The translations under genes and the position numbers were made by a program. The notes beneath the pieces were generated by a model. That model worked only from the letters and a program-made list of their open reading frames with translations. It had not been told where the DNA came from and made no database searches. Of a stretch of 53,222 nt of DNA, positions 44,957 through 53,222 are shown piece by piece. Origin of the DNA: a virus (taxonomy: Duplodnaviria > Caudoviricetes); the IMG/VR virus record IMGVR_UViG_3300025141_000133, positions 1 through 53,222 of that record; one strand, given 5' to 3'. Each line of letters opens with the position of its first letter. Within the stretch, counting starts at the first letter, position 1.

Positions 44957-46750
44957 TTATCGTCTTGGATAGTCTTCATGTTCCATTGGCCAGTTCCAAT
45001 TAGGTTCTGTCCCTCGGAGGGATGCATCGAGGCTAGTTGGTCTTGTATAAAGATGATTATCTCCCAAAAAAGTCTCCATATCATCATATGCCGTATGCCA
45101 AGTTCTCCAACGATCGTCTGGATTCGCATCCTGACCTCTGGTTTGGTATGCGTCACGCATATTATTCAATAGTGCATCAAACTGGTTAGGATCAGAAACT
45201 TGATTTTTCCATCTATTTAGAGCCTCGTCAACCACTTTAGTATCGCCTGCCGATAAGTTCGGCTGTTCGTTAACAACCAATCCCTCTACACCACGCATAA
45301 TTTTCCGAGCTAAGAATTCCCTGTCGAAATTGTCTAGATTTCCCGTGTGTTCTTTCTGCATTTTTCTAAATAGTTCTTTATTCGGAGGATATATATCTGC
45401 AGAAGTAGCATAATCCATTCGTGTTCTTTTTTGGGGGTTAGGGACTACTCCACCCTCTTGCATACTATAAGGATTACTATATTTATTTCTGTGATTATCA
45501 CGATATTTTTGCATATTCTGTTCCATCCAAGATGACCTTCCACCATTAGGAACTATCCCACCTTCTTGCATTTCTGGAACTTTCGATTCTGTCCACACAC
45601 CACCTTCGTTTCTTATTTTATATTGTTCTGGCACACCATACAAGTAATCTTCGATATAGTTCCTATCTCCCCACCCCCTCATATGCTGATATATGTTAAG
45701 GGGATCTACGTGTCTCCAGGCTTCTTTGGTGATAGGGGAATTTTTTGAATACCCCTCCTCAACGGGATAATTCAGAGCTGCCTCATAAACTCGTCGTGTC
45801 TCATTTACTGACCCAGGGTGCTGTTCACTAACCCCCACTGGTTGTGGGCCAGGGCCCGAATAACTTCCTTCGACATAACGACCATTTTCCCATCTTCCTG
45901 AACGATCAAAGCCTCCATCATTCTTTGGATCCCATCTCTTGCGATCTCCTTCCGCCTTTTCAGCTGTTTCAGTTGGGTATAAACGTCCATCCCAAGTAAA
46001 ATTCTTTTTACCTTCTGCCTCGGCATTTGCAAGTGATTCATTAAATTCTCCTTCTCCAATATACGATCTCTGTTTGCCTACTACACCTTCTTCAGTTTTA
46101 TATAAACGTCCATCCCAAGTAAAGGTCTTTTTGCCTGCTGCCTTGGCATCTGCAAATGCTTTATTAAATTCTCCTTCTCCAATATATGGTCTCTGTTTGC
46201 CTACTCTCGCCATTTCTTCAGTTACTACTCCACCTTCTTGCATACCTTTCATCATAGGCCATTTCAAGTCAGAGCTGGTATCACCGAAGTGTGACTTCAT
46301 CCGTCTCACGTTTTCATACTTCTTCCTCAGCGTCTGCTCCACTCTGTCCTCTTCCATTTCCTTCGCCCGTATATATTGTTCCTCCCATGCTGACGGTGAT
46401 GGCGGTCTATCGCCTTCCATGCGCCCCAATCCCTCGTATCTTGGACGCTGCCTTCCAAATCCTTTCTCCTGCGAGGGGGTCTTTGCTAGTTCAGGATATT
46501 GGTTTAAGACATTGCTTACTTTATCTCTAGGTACTACTAGTTCTCCTGGCTCTAATAGTGTAGGTACTTTATCACCCCTACCTTCTCCTGGAACCATACC
46601 ACCACGTTGCATACCGTCCATATACTTAGTTAGTTCTTTGCCGTACCCTCTCTCGGGCCAATTTTCCGACGCGCCTGATTCTTGATAGGGGAGGAAGGAT
46701 CTTCGTATTCCCCCTCCCATATACTTAGTTAGTTCTTTGCCGTAATTCAT
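44957..46750 (-). CDS. Repeat-rich internal virion protein
   Basis: Four MQ(E/R)GG motifs, GGMVPG.G..DKVP.LL.PGE.V motif, 41-aa tandem repeat. Confidence 0.75.
   Translation of the reverse strand: MNYGKELTKYMGGGIRRSFLPYQESGASENWPERGYGKELTKYMDGMQRGGMVPGEGRGDKVPTLLEPGELVVPRDKVSNVLNQYPELAKTPSQEKGFGRQRPRYEGLGRMEGDRPPSPSAWEEQYIRAKEMEEDRVEQTLRKKYENVRRMKSHFGDTSSDLKWPMMKGMQEGGVVTEEMARVGKQRPYIGEGEFNKAFADAKAAGKKTFTWDGRLYKTEEGVVGKQRSYIGEGEFNESLANAEAEGKKNFTWDGRLYPTETAEKAEGDRKRWDPKNDGGFDRSGRWENGRYVEGSYSGPGPQPVGVSEQHPGSVNETRRVYEAALNYPVEEGYSKNSPITKEAWRHVDPLNIYQHMRGWGDRNYIEDYLYGVPEQYKIRNEGGVWTESKVPEMQEGGIVPNGGRSSWMEQNMQKYRDNHRNKYSNPYSMQEGGVVPNPQKRTRMDYATSADIYPPNKELFRKMQKEHTGNLDNFDREFLARKIMRGVEGLVVNEQPNLSAGDTKVVDEALNRWKNQVSDPNQFDALLNNMRDAYQTRGQDANPDDRWRTWHTAYDDMETFLGDNHLYTRPTSLDASLRGTEPNWNWPMEHEDYPRR
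45968..46205. repeat. 123-nt tandem duplication
   Basis: GKQRxYIGEGEFN...GKKxFTWDGRLY twice. Confidence 0.9.
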
Positions 46751-46862
46751 TTTGGTTTCCCCTTGATATTCTTCTTTCTTCTACTATCTGGTGGTGTTCC
46801 CTGCCATGGGCCACCGACCTTATTACTAGTAACAATGTTTTTATCTTTGTCCTTCTTTGCCA

Positions 46863-47822
46863 TTACATATAGAATGGGTGCCAAGTACCTGTAGTCTTGG
46901 CAACTCCATTTTCATTAACATAAACGTCTACTATCCAAAATCCTGTATGTGATGACAATCTCTTGCCTCTCATCCAAGCTGTCTGTCTCTGAAATGCTCC
47001 AGCACTATAACAGTGTATGTGTCTATCGAAGAGATACATACTCTTGTGTACATGACCAAACAACATAACATTCGGTTTCTGTCCGCCAGTAAGAGATTCT
47101 ATTATCTTCTGTATCCTGTAACTAACTGCATAACTACTGCCATCTTCTCCATGCCACAACCTAATAGTAGCACTATCCCCGAGAGCAATAGTTCCCTCGT
47201 CATGACCAAGAAATTCAGCGTGTTCGATAGCATCACATATATCCTTTACTATTATAGCACCATTACTTTTTATATACCACCTGTCATGATTACCATCAAT
47301 GATATATAAAGGGGCAGGACACCTAGCCATATATTCAATAGCTGTTTTCTTTTGTTCATGATATCCTATTTTATCAAGTTCATATACATGGCCAGCCCTG
47401 TTGGACATCCCTTCAGTTAAGTCTCCTACCTGACAGATGATGTCACATCCTTCTTTTTCAAATTCTGAAAATGCAATGTCAACAAGCTCATAAAGACAGT
47501 ATTTACTGCCGAAATGAATGTCACCCATTATACCTATTCTTGTTCTGTCGCCCTGTAGATCAATAACTGGTATACTAGGTTGACCTGGTGTAACCCTACC
47601 ACCTTTTGCAATAGCTTCGAGTTCTTTTGGCGAATATTGCTCAGATATCCTTCGTAGTGCTGCACTTTTATCGATATCGGGTATATCAAACCTTTGTTTT
47701 GATTCTCGTATGTAACGCCTTAGTGTACGTGGTTTGATACCATAACTATCACAAGTAATGTCTTCACCATGAAGCAAATAATATCCAAGTATCTCTTCTA
47801 CTCTTTCCTTACTTATTGCCAT
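46863..47822 (-). CDS. Calcineurin-like metallophosphoesterase with N-terminal HTH
   Basis: GDIHFG, GDLTEG, GNHD, HG and GHVH motifs. Confidence 0.9.
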   Translation of the reverse strand: MAISKERVEEILGYYLLHGEDITCDSYGIKPRTLRRYIRESKQRFDIPDIDKSAALRRISEQYSPKELEAIAKGGRVTPGQPSIPVIDLQGDRTRIGIMGDIHFGSKYCLYELVDIAFSEFEKEGCDIICQVGDLTEGMSNRAGHVYELDKIGYHEQKKTAIEYMARCPAPLYIIDGNHDRWYIKSNGAIIVKDICDAIEHAEFLGHDEGTIALGDSATIRLWHGEDGSSYAVSYRIQKIIESLTGGQKPNVMLFGHVHKSMYLFDRHIHCYSAGAFQRQTAWMRGKRLSSHTGFWIVDVYVNENGVAKTTGTWHPFYM

Positions 47823-47823
47823 A

Positions 47824-48330
47824 TTATGACTCTAGTTGTGAAACAGCTCTTCTGAACCATCCGTACCAGAACTTCATCTGTGATGGTTTCTTCTGAACAA
47901 GCTTTGCATAGTGCAAAACATTGTACGCAACCACTCTATCAATTTCAAGCTTCTGGCACGCCTCTGCTGTCATTCGTCCAATTCTGCCATCCACAGTGAT
48001 TAATTTATCTTTTTTGTTCTTATTGTTAGCCGCTTTCTGTAATATCTTGACACCTCTTCCACCTTTGTTGACTACCATATCAAATGTAATTCCTTGCAGA
48101 TGTTCTGGTAGCATAGAGATTTTGTACTTTTTCCAGTAGAACTCCCAATAGATCTTGACTGCATCTGCTTTTGTAAGATCAAGAATATTAGTGTCAGGAA
48201 ATGCTCTCTTACTTATGCCAAACTTAGTCTCACCCCCAGCATCATCTGGGTCTTTACTGTATCCTCCTTCATGATCCAAAACCTTTGCTACTTCTTTCAT
48301 GAAGATTTTACTGTATGCTAAATCAGTCAT
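47824..48330 (-). CDS. Endolysin, glycoside hydrolase family 108
   Basis: HEGGYSKDPDDAGGETKFGISKR, FDMVVN.G, VDGRIG and F.YGW.RR motifs. Confidence 0.93.
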   Translation of the reverse strand: MTDLAYSKIFMKEVAKVLDHEGGYSKDPDDAGGETKFGISKRAFPDTNILDLTKADAVKIYWEFYWKKYKISMLPEHLQGITFDMVVNKGGRGVKILQKAANNKNKKDKLITVDGRIGRMTAEACQKLEIDRVVAYNVLHYAKLVQKKPSQMKFWYGWFRRAVSQLES

Positions 48331-48557
48331 GTTACTTTCTTGATATCCTTTATTGCCTTACCTAGCTTAGTTAGTTTAGCAGAATAGGCAGCTCCTACCC
48401 ACAGTACAATGAGCCCCATTAGTGACTCGTATAAGGAGACGGTCAACACATCAACGTAATAGAGAGCAGAACAGGCAAGAGCTGCCATAATTCCCATTTG
48501 TCTCTTTTTTGAATTTTCCCCAACAAAAAGCCCTACAACATTGTTAATTAGTTTCAT
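48327..48557 (-). CDS. Putative holin
   Basis: Two hydrophobic segments, basic C-terminus, adjacent to the endolysin. Confidence 0.65.
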   Translation of the reverse strand: MKLINNVVGLFVGENSKKRQMGIMAALACSALYYVDVLTVSLYESLMGLIVLWVGAAYSAKLTKLGKAIKDIKKVT

Positions 48558-48566
48558 TTCATTCTC

Positions 48567-48830
48567 CTATTTTAATAGATTTCTAACGGTAGCATAGAGC
48601 ATACCGACAAATCCAGTTACCATTACCCACAAAACCTTTACGGATGATTTGCGGAAGTTAGTATTTCTGTCTACTGCACCTTGCAACCCCAAATCTTCGT
48701 GCTTTGCGGGGTCTCCCATCAGACATACCTTAATATCATTCACAACACTTGCCAGTTCACTGCTCTCTTGCCTGTGTTTTTTAAGCACATCTAATACAGT
48801 ATGCAAATCTTTTCTTTCGTCTCCATTCAC
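48567..48830 (-). CDS. Coiled-coil plus single-TM lysis-region protein
   Basis: LMGDP...GL..V motif and C-terminal TM segment. Confidence 0.65.
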   Translation of the reverse strand: MNGDERKDLHTVLDVLKKHRQESSELASVVNDIKVCLMGDPAKHEDLGLQGAVDRNTNFRKSSVKVLWVMVTGFVGMLYATVRNLLK

Positions 48831-48831
48831 T

Positions 48832-49443
48832 TTAATCTCTGGCCTCTAATGTTTTTTCTACGTCCTCAATAGTTGCACCAAGAGCTGCATCATACGCTGT
48901 CAAAATTGCGTACATCTTTGAGTTTTGTGTAGTATGAATAATAGAAGATACGTTATCTTCAATACTTTGTGTTAGAATATCTACCACCTGTTGGTGCCAG
49001 AGATTAAAGTTTTGAATAAAGTCATCTGGAATACCCGCTCGTTTTGCGTCCGCAATATAACTGGTTACGGTGGCATTCAAATTTCTTGTAACTACTTGGT
49101 TTAGTTGAGCATCGGTCATAATATCAAAATCATTATTCCTTACAAGGTCTTCTAAAGCCTCTTGAAATGCAACAAACTTAATTGTTAAAAATTCTCTAGC
49201 ATTGTCTGAAACTTGTAACCCTGGAATAATCAAATCAACCCACGTATCAGCATGAGTAAATAAAGAATGATTGAGGAGAACAGATGTATCAATGATACCT
49301 GCCTCCATTTTTCTTTGTTCCATCCACTCTTGAATTAAAGTTACACCCATTGGCGATAGACCAGTGATAAATGCAACCACAATAGCAGCCATATTTTTAT
49401 TTATAGCCATTTTACTCATCATCCTTCCATTTGGGTAAGCCAA
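48832..49443 (-). CDS. Membrane-anchored helical protein
   Basis: N-terminal hydrophobic segment; lysis region. Confidence 0.65.
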   Translation of the reverse strand: MAYPNGRMMSKMAINKNMAAIVVAFITGLSPMGVTLIQEWMEQRKMEAGIIDTSVLLNHSLFTHADTWVDLIIPGLQVSDNAREFLTIKFVAFQEALEDLVRNNDFDIMTDAQLNQVVTRNLNATVTSYIADAKRAGIPDDFIQNFNLWHQQVVDILTQSIEDNVSSIIHTTQNSKMYAILTAYDAALGATIEDVEKTLEARD

Positions 49444-49607
49444 TCTTTAGGTTCATTTTCTTCATTGTATATATGCAGAGGACACTGACTGCTATCCAAA
49501 ATAAGTGCGGATAGTTCACCCTCAGATAAGTCATACCCTGATACAAAACACCGACAATCATTGGTGCTAGTAAAACTCGGTTCACTTCTTTTATTGATAT
49601 TATCCAT
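49419..49607 (-). CDS. Hypothetical protein
   Basis: CRC...CPLH; fills the operon gap. Confidence 0.5.
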   Translation of the reverse strand: MDNINKRSEPSFTSTNDCRCFVSGYDLSEGELSALILDSSQCPLHIYNEENEPKDWLTQMEG

Positions 49608-49623
49608 TCTTACTCTTAATCCA

Positions 49624-49977
49624 TTACTCGTCTACCAGCCACTCTAGTACGATAGCATCTGCAGCAGTAATCTCAGCTTGAGCTATACTTGCCAAGGTTA
49701 CTTTCTTGACATTCAGCTTTATCTCTTCTTTCAACATATCTTCCAGTTCATTTACGTACTTTTTCCACCCTTTAGATTCGGGGTCTATTACAAACCCTTC
49801 TCCATTTTTCTTGCCATATTGCTCGACAATCTTAGTTCGGGTTTCCTCAAATGCTTCTATATGAGGTTGTACTTGTTTAACTGTCTTAGCAAGTCTGAAC
49901 GATGCTTTAGCCTTCATTGGCTGTTGCATTAATCTGCTAAGAGCTTCCGTTGAGTTAATGAGCTCACTTAGTATCAT
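49624..49977 (-). CDS. DUF1617-like protein
   Basis: L..L......K.SFRLAK.......E.FEE.R..IV..YG pattern typical downstream of fibre genes. Confidence 0.65.
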   Translation of the reverse strand: MILSELINSTEALSRLMQQPMKAKASFRLAKTVKQVQPHIEAFEETRTKIVEQYGKKNGEGFVIDPESKGWKKYVNELEDMLKEEIKLNVKKVTLASIAQAEITAADAIVLEWLVDE

Positions 49978-49998
49978 GTTGTCTCCTTAGTTGTGTTA

Positions 49999-50220
49999 TT
50001 AGTCTGATAGTGCTGCTGTCGCTGCGTCTATCTTAGCCTGTATGTCTACTTTTCTTGCTTCTTGGTCTGCGATAGCTGTATCGCACTGAACAAGCTGCCT
50101 CTCAAGTTGTGTCACAGAGAAGTATTCATACTGCTTTACTGACTTTTCGAGCTTGATCTGCCTGTCCTTGAAATCAGGACTGGAAGGTGCATCACCCTCA
50201 AACGTGAATTTATTAGCCAT
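49999..50220 (-). CDS. Small coiled-coil protein
   Basis: AGGAG SD. Confidence 0.7.
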   Translation of the reverse strand: MANKFTFEGDAPSSPDFKDRQIKLEKSVKQYEYFSVTQLERQLVQCDTAIADQEARKVDIQAKIDAATAALSD

Positions 50221-50235
50221 TGTTGTATCTCCTTG

Positions 50236-50511
50236 TTAGATTAACTGTTCAATTACTGACTCATGTCCTGTTATTGCTTCTATTGTTTCAGCATCCAGTC
50301 CGTCAGTTTCAATGTAAACATTTCCTTCTTCCTTTTCAGAATCGAAATCTTCAAGAAAGATAGTTACCTCTGGAAATGCCTGCATAAGTTTTGTTCCCCA
50401 AAAGAACTCATCTTCTTCTGGTGTTTCTTCAAATTTTGTTTTTAGTAGAATCATCTGGTTAGTAAGGATACCCACTTCCATTCCAATGCTTAAACCAATC
50501 AATATATGCAT
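50236..50511 (-). CDS. Acidic hypothetical protein (possible fibre chaperone)
   Basis: True start probably MILLKTK. Confidence 0.6.
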   Translation of the reverse strand: MHILIGLSIGMEVGILTNQMILLKTKFEETPEEDEFFWGTKLMQAFPEVTIFLEDFDSEKEEGNVYIETDGLDAETIEAITGHESVIEQLI

Positions 50512-51268
50512 ATTTGCCTGAAGATATTGAGCCCCAACTATTAAACCATGTTGTATATACTACTGAATGATTATTGTCAGCAACATCAATTTCTTGTCTA
50601 CCACCTACATATACTCTATGTTGCTGGTCACCCAAACCTGGCCCATTTCTAATGCAGTAAGTTACCGTATACCAAGTATCAAGACTAAATACACTGGAAA
50701 CAGTGGCTAGATAAGCATTGGTAGGCCCCCTTCTATGGAGTCTCAGTTGCCCATTATTTTTAACTTGAACTTCATAAGACGACGATGGGGGCCAACTAGT
50801 AGAATTGTTCATTTGCAATGTGAATGTCTGTGGCTTATTCATGCCCGAAGATAGCTTAACTCGCCATTCCCATGTTTGATAGTCACCATTACTAAACGCT
50901 GTAGTAAGGTCAACATAAGCCCTTGGTGTAGCCTCGCCAGGATTGTATAGCTTTAATACGCCACCAGTAGCTGTAGCACCATTAGTAACAACCCAAGTTG
51001 GTCTTGTTGCAACATAAGCGTCATCTGTGTCATCTGGCTCTGTACCACTAAATGCCATTTCTGTAAAGGTATCTCTATGGTTCGTCTTGTTATCGTCCCA
51101 ATCATCAATTATTAAGCCTTTGTAGTCTCTGTATATAGCTGACCACTCTGTTCCATCCTTAACATAGGCTTTGGCTCTCTTCCAAGTACTGCCAACCTTT
51201 ACATGTGGTATTGAATCTTCCCACGAACCACCGTTCTTTACATTCAGTCCCATTAGTATTCCAGCCAT
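50459..51268 (-). CDS. Fibre-tip adhesin / lectin-like receptor-binding protein
   Basis: Trp-rich VKxGxxW N-terminal repeats, then a concanavalin-like beta sandwich (LDTWYTV...VYVGG...YIDW); coupled to the fibre stop. Confidence 0.7.
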   Translation of the reverse strand: MAGILMGLNVKNGGSWEDSIPHVKVGSTWKRAKAYVKDGTEWSAIYRDYKGLIIDDWDDNKTNHRDTFTEMAFSGTEPDDTDDAYVATRPTWVVTNGATATGGVLKLYNPGEATPRAYVDLTTAFSNGDYQTWEWRVKLSSGMNKPQTFTLQMNNSTSWPPSSSYEVQVKNNGQLRLHRRGPTNAYLATVSSVFSLDTWYTVTYCIRNGPGLGDQQHRVYVGGRQEIDVADNNHSVVYTTWFNSWGSISSGKYAYIDWFKHWNGSGYPY

Positions 51269-53022
51269 ATGTCGCCAGATGAACCACCAGAAGGTGCATC
51301 ATCGTCAACATATATTGTAGGACTATTATCAATATCAGAAGTAATTGTAGCCATGTTAGAAACACCGCTCATTTGCCCATCAATCGTAATTCCACCACCA
51401 AATTCGGTCGCGCCCAGGTTCCCTTCTGGGTCTATTTTAACACAATCACCCCCATCGACTTCAAACAAGTTATCACCAGCTGAGGAATCATGAACAATAA
51501 AAGGATAACCATATGTATCACAATAGAACCTGCCAAAAACTGCAAGTTCTACATCTGGATTCGCATTATAAGCATCATTACCAGCAGTAACCTTCCCAGT
51601 AACCCCTACATTCCCAGCAAATGTGGCGTTGCCAGATGTATTTATACTGAATTTCTCAGACCCAGATACTTTGATCTTATGACTTGAACCATTTAATTCT
51701 AATGCTTTGTATGAGCCTCCACCACTTCTATCATATGCTAAAATCTTACCAGTATTACTTGTATACCCCAATTCTATGCCACCACCAGTGACTGTTGGAG
51801 TACCATTACCAGTAATTTGGACTCTTCCAACAGTAGATACAATACCAGTCAATGTAAGGTCACCATTTGTTGCTAGTAGGAAAGCAGGCCATGCTCCCCC
51901 CTGTGAAGGGCCTATGTAGTATTCACTTCCATCTACACCAGCGTTATCCGAATCTGTAAGCCCAGTGGACCAAATTGTAGAGCCAGCAGTTTTGTAATTA
52001 GTGCATCCGAAGCGACTTGTGGCACCTCTATCAATGCTAACCACCGCATGGGCACTTGAATCTATAGTAAATCCTCCTGCAGTTGTATGGACCGTCCCGC
52101 ATGTCAGAATGATTTCATTTTCCACATCATCAACCATCAGGAATGTTTCATTCGCTTCTCCATCCCAATCACCAAGATAAAACTTCCAATCTCCTTGACT
52201 ATCATCAGAGGCGAAATCTAAGAACAAGCCAGCGTCTACATCTTGTGTGCCAGTCACTATTTTACTAGCATCATTGACACCAGTTATTTGTAACTTCGTA
52301 CCAGCACTCGCACCAGCAACCAAACCTAAGGAATCAGTACCAAGAAAACACAGTCCAGTATTTGTGTCACTGCTTCGAAAGATAACTGGTGAACCAAGAC
52401 TGCCATTAGCACTTAGTCCAAGACCAGCAGCAGTAATAGTCCCAGCAAATGTGGCGTTGCTAGAAGTCTCCAAGGTCGCTGCGCTTAAGTGCCCACCAGA
52501 TGCTATACCACCAGAAATATCAACATCGCCAGTGATATCCATTCCATCACCGCCTTCAATCTTCCCATCTACAGCTACCTCATCACCAAATGTGGTGGCG
52601 CTCTCGCATTCTAATCCACCTGTGATTAAAACATCACCACCAGCTTCAGCTTCAAAACATTCATCAACTGTTAAACTACCATCTACAGCTACCTCACCAG
52701 CAAATGTGGCGCCTTGATGTGCGTCGAGAGTAAGAGTAAGTGCATTATCTGTGTAGAATTTTTGAGTATCTGTTGTAAAGTTTATATAATTATTGGTATC
52801 GCCACTATGTCTAATGTTCTCAGAAACATACAGAGTACCATCTACAGTTAAAGTACTACCAACTTGCAATGAACTTGCAAGGGATGCTGCGGCGACAGAG
52901 TTAGCATTAGTAAATAAGTCTACTGTGTTTGTAATAGTACTTACGGCTACATTATTTATTTTTCCAGTTACGTCACCTGTAAAAGTGTCGCCATAACCTT
53001 GTAGTCTTTTCCAACTAGGCAT
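51253..53022 (-). CDS. Tail fibre, allele B (589 aa)
   Basis: Same termini as allele A with a different middle; ends GDIWLEY. Confidence 0.92.
   Translation of the reverse strand: MPSWKRLQGYGDTFTGDVTGKINNVAVSTITNTVDLFTNANSVAAASLASSLQVGSTLTVDGTLYVSENIRHSGDTNNYINFTTDTQKFYTDNALTLTLDAHQGATFAGEVAVDGSLTVDECFEAEAGGDVLITGGLECESATTFGDEVAVDGKIEGGDGMDITGDVDISGGIASGGHLSAATLETSSNATFAGTITAAGLGLSANGSLGSPVIFRSSDTNTGLCFLGTDSLGLVAGASAGTKLQITGVNDASKIVTGTQDVDAGLFLDFASDDSQGDWKFYLGDWDGEANETFLMVDDVENEIILTCGTVHTTAGGFTIDSSAHAVVSIDRGATSRFGCTNYKTAGSTIWSTGLTDSDNAGVDGSEYYIGPSQGGAWPAFLLATNGDLTLTGIVSTVGRVQITGNGTPTVTGGGIELGYTSNTGKILAYDRSGGGSYKALELNGSSHKIKVSGSEKFSINTSGNATFAGNVGVTGKVTAGNDAYNANPDVELAVFGRFYCDTYGYPFIVHDSSAGDNLFEVDGGDCVKIDPEGNLGATEFGGGITIDGQMSGVSNMATITSDIDNSPTIYVDDDAPSGGSSGDIWLEY
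51613..52710 (-). repeat. ATFAG junction repeats in allele B
   Basis: Copies at 51613, 52441 and 52696, plus a degenerate one near 52585. Confidence 0.9.
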
Positions 53023-53215
53023 TAGTATCCTCCTGTGCTATTTCATAATCAGGATCATTCTCAGCCAATGCATCAAATGTTCTCTTTAATTTATCATATA
53101 ATTTTACAACCCAATAATCTCTTGATAGTCGCATCTCTACATTTCCGATAAGTCGTTGTAGTATTTCGGACTCTTCCACCGATAATCTGATTGTTTTAAA
53201 TTTATGCTTATCCAC
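53015..53215 (-). CDS. Second copy of the 66-aa hypothetical protein
   Basis: Identical protein to 3815..4015. Confidence 0.8.
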   Translation of the reverse strand: MDKHKFKTIRLSVEESEILQRLIGNVEMRLSRDYWVVKLYDKLKRTFDALAENDPDYEIAQEDTNA

Positions 53216-53222
53216 TTTTATG

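Noticed and set aside
45939-46685. 248-aa plus-strand ORF
   Set aside because: Antisense shadow of the repeat-rich 597-aa gene; S/P/L-rich with no SD.

Overview
The window is an essentially complete ~49-51 kb tailed phage genome with podovirus-like organisation, read slightly more than once round. The minus strand carries packaging, head, tail, lysis and ejection genes (16.1 kb leftwards and 53.2 kb down to 28.5 kb). A plus-strand early/replication block lies at 16.3-28.2 kb. The two ends are two different alleles of one tail-fibre locus: position 1 = 51478 and 4022 = 53222, so the circle closes at 51,477 bp or 49,200 bp. Allele A (3822 to <1) is absent from the ORF track; I translated it by hand and it is open for 1274 codons. 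Allele A and allele B (589 aa) share N- and C-termini but have different middle modules. Both switch points fall on a 15-nt in-frame repeat (GCCACATTTGCTGGN, ATFAG) that punctuates both genes, which suggests cassette shuffling without a dedicated site-specific recombinase. Other highlights are a 3410-aa protein with crAss-type virion RNA polymerase motifs (DLDID) plus KOW, SLOG and ASCH-like domains, a histone-fold gene, an AT-hook peptide, an AEP primase-PriL-helicase fusion without a separate DNA polymerase, and several structured intergenic elements. All product calls come from motif recognition by eye; no searches were run.
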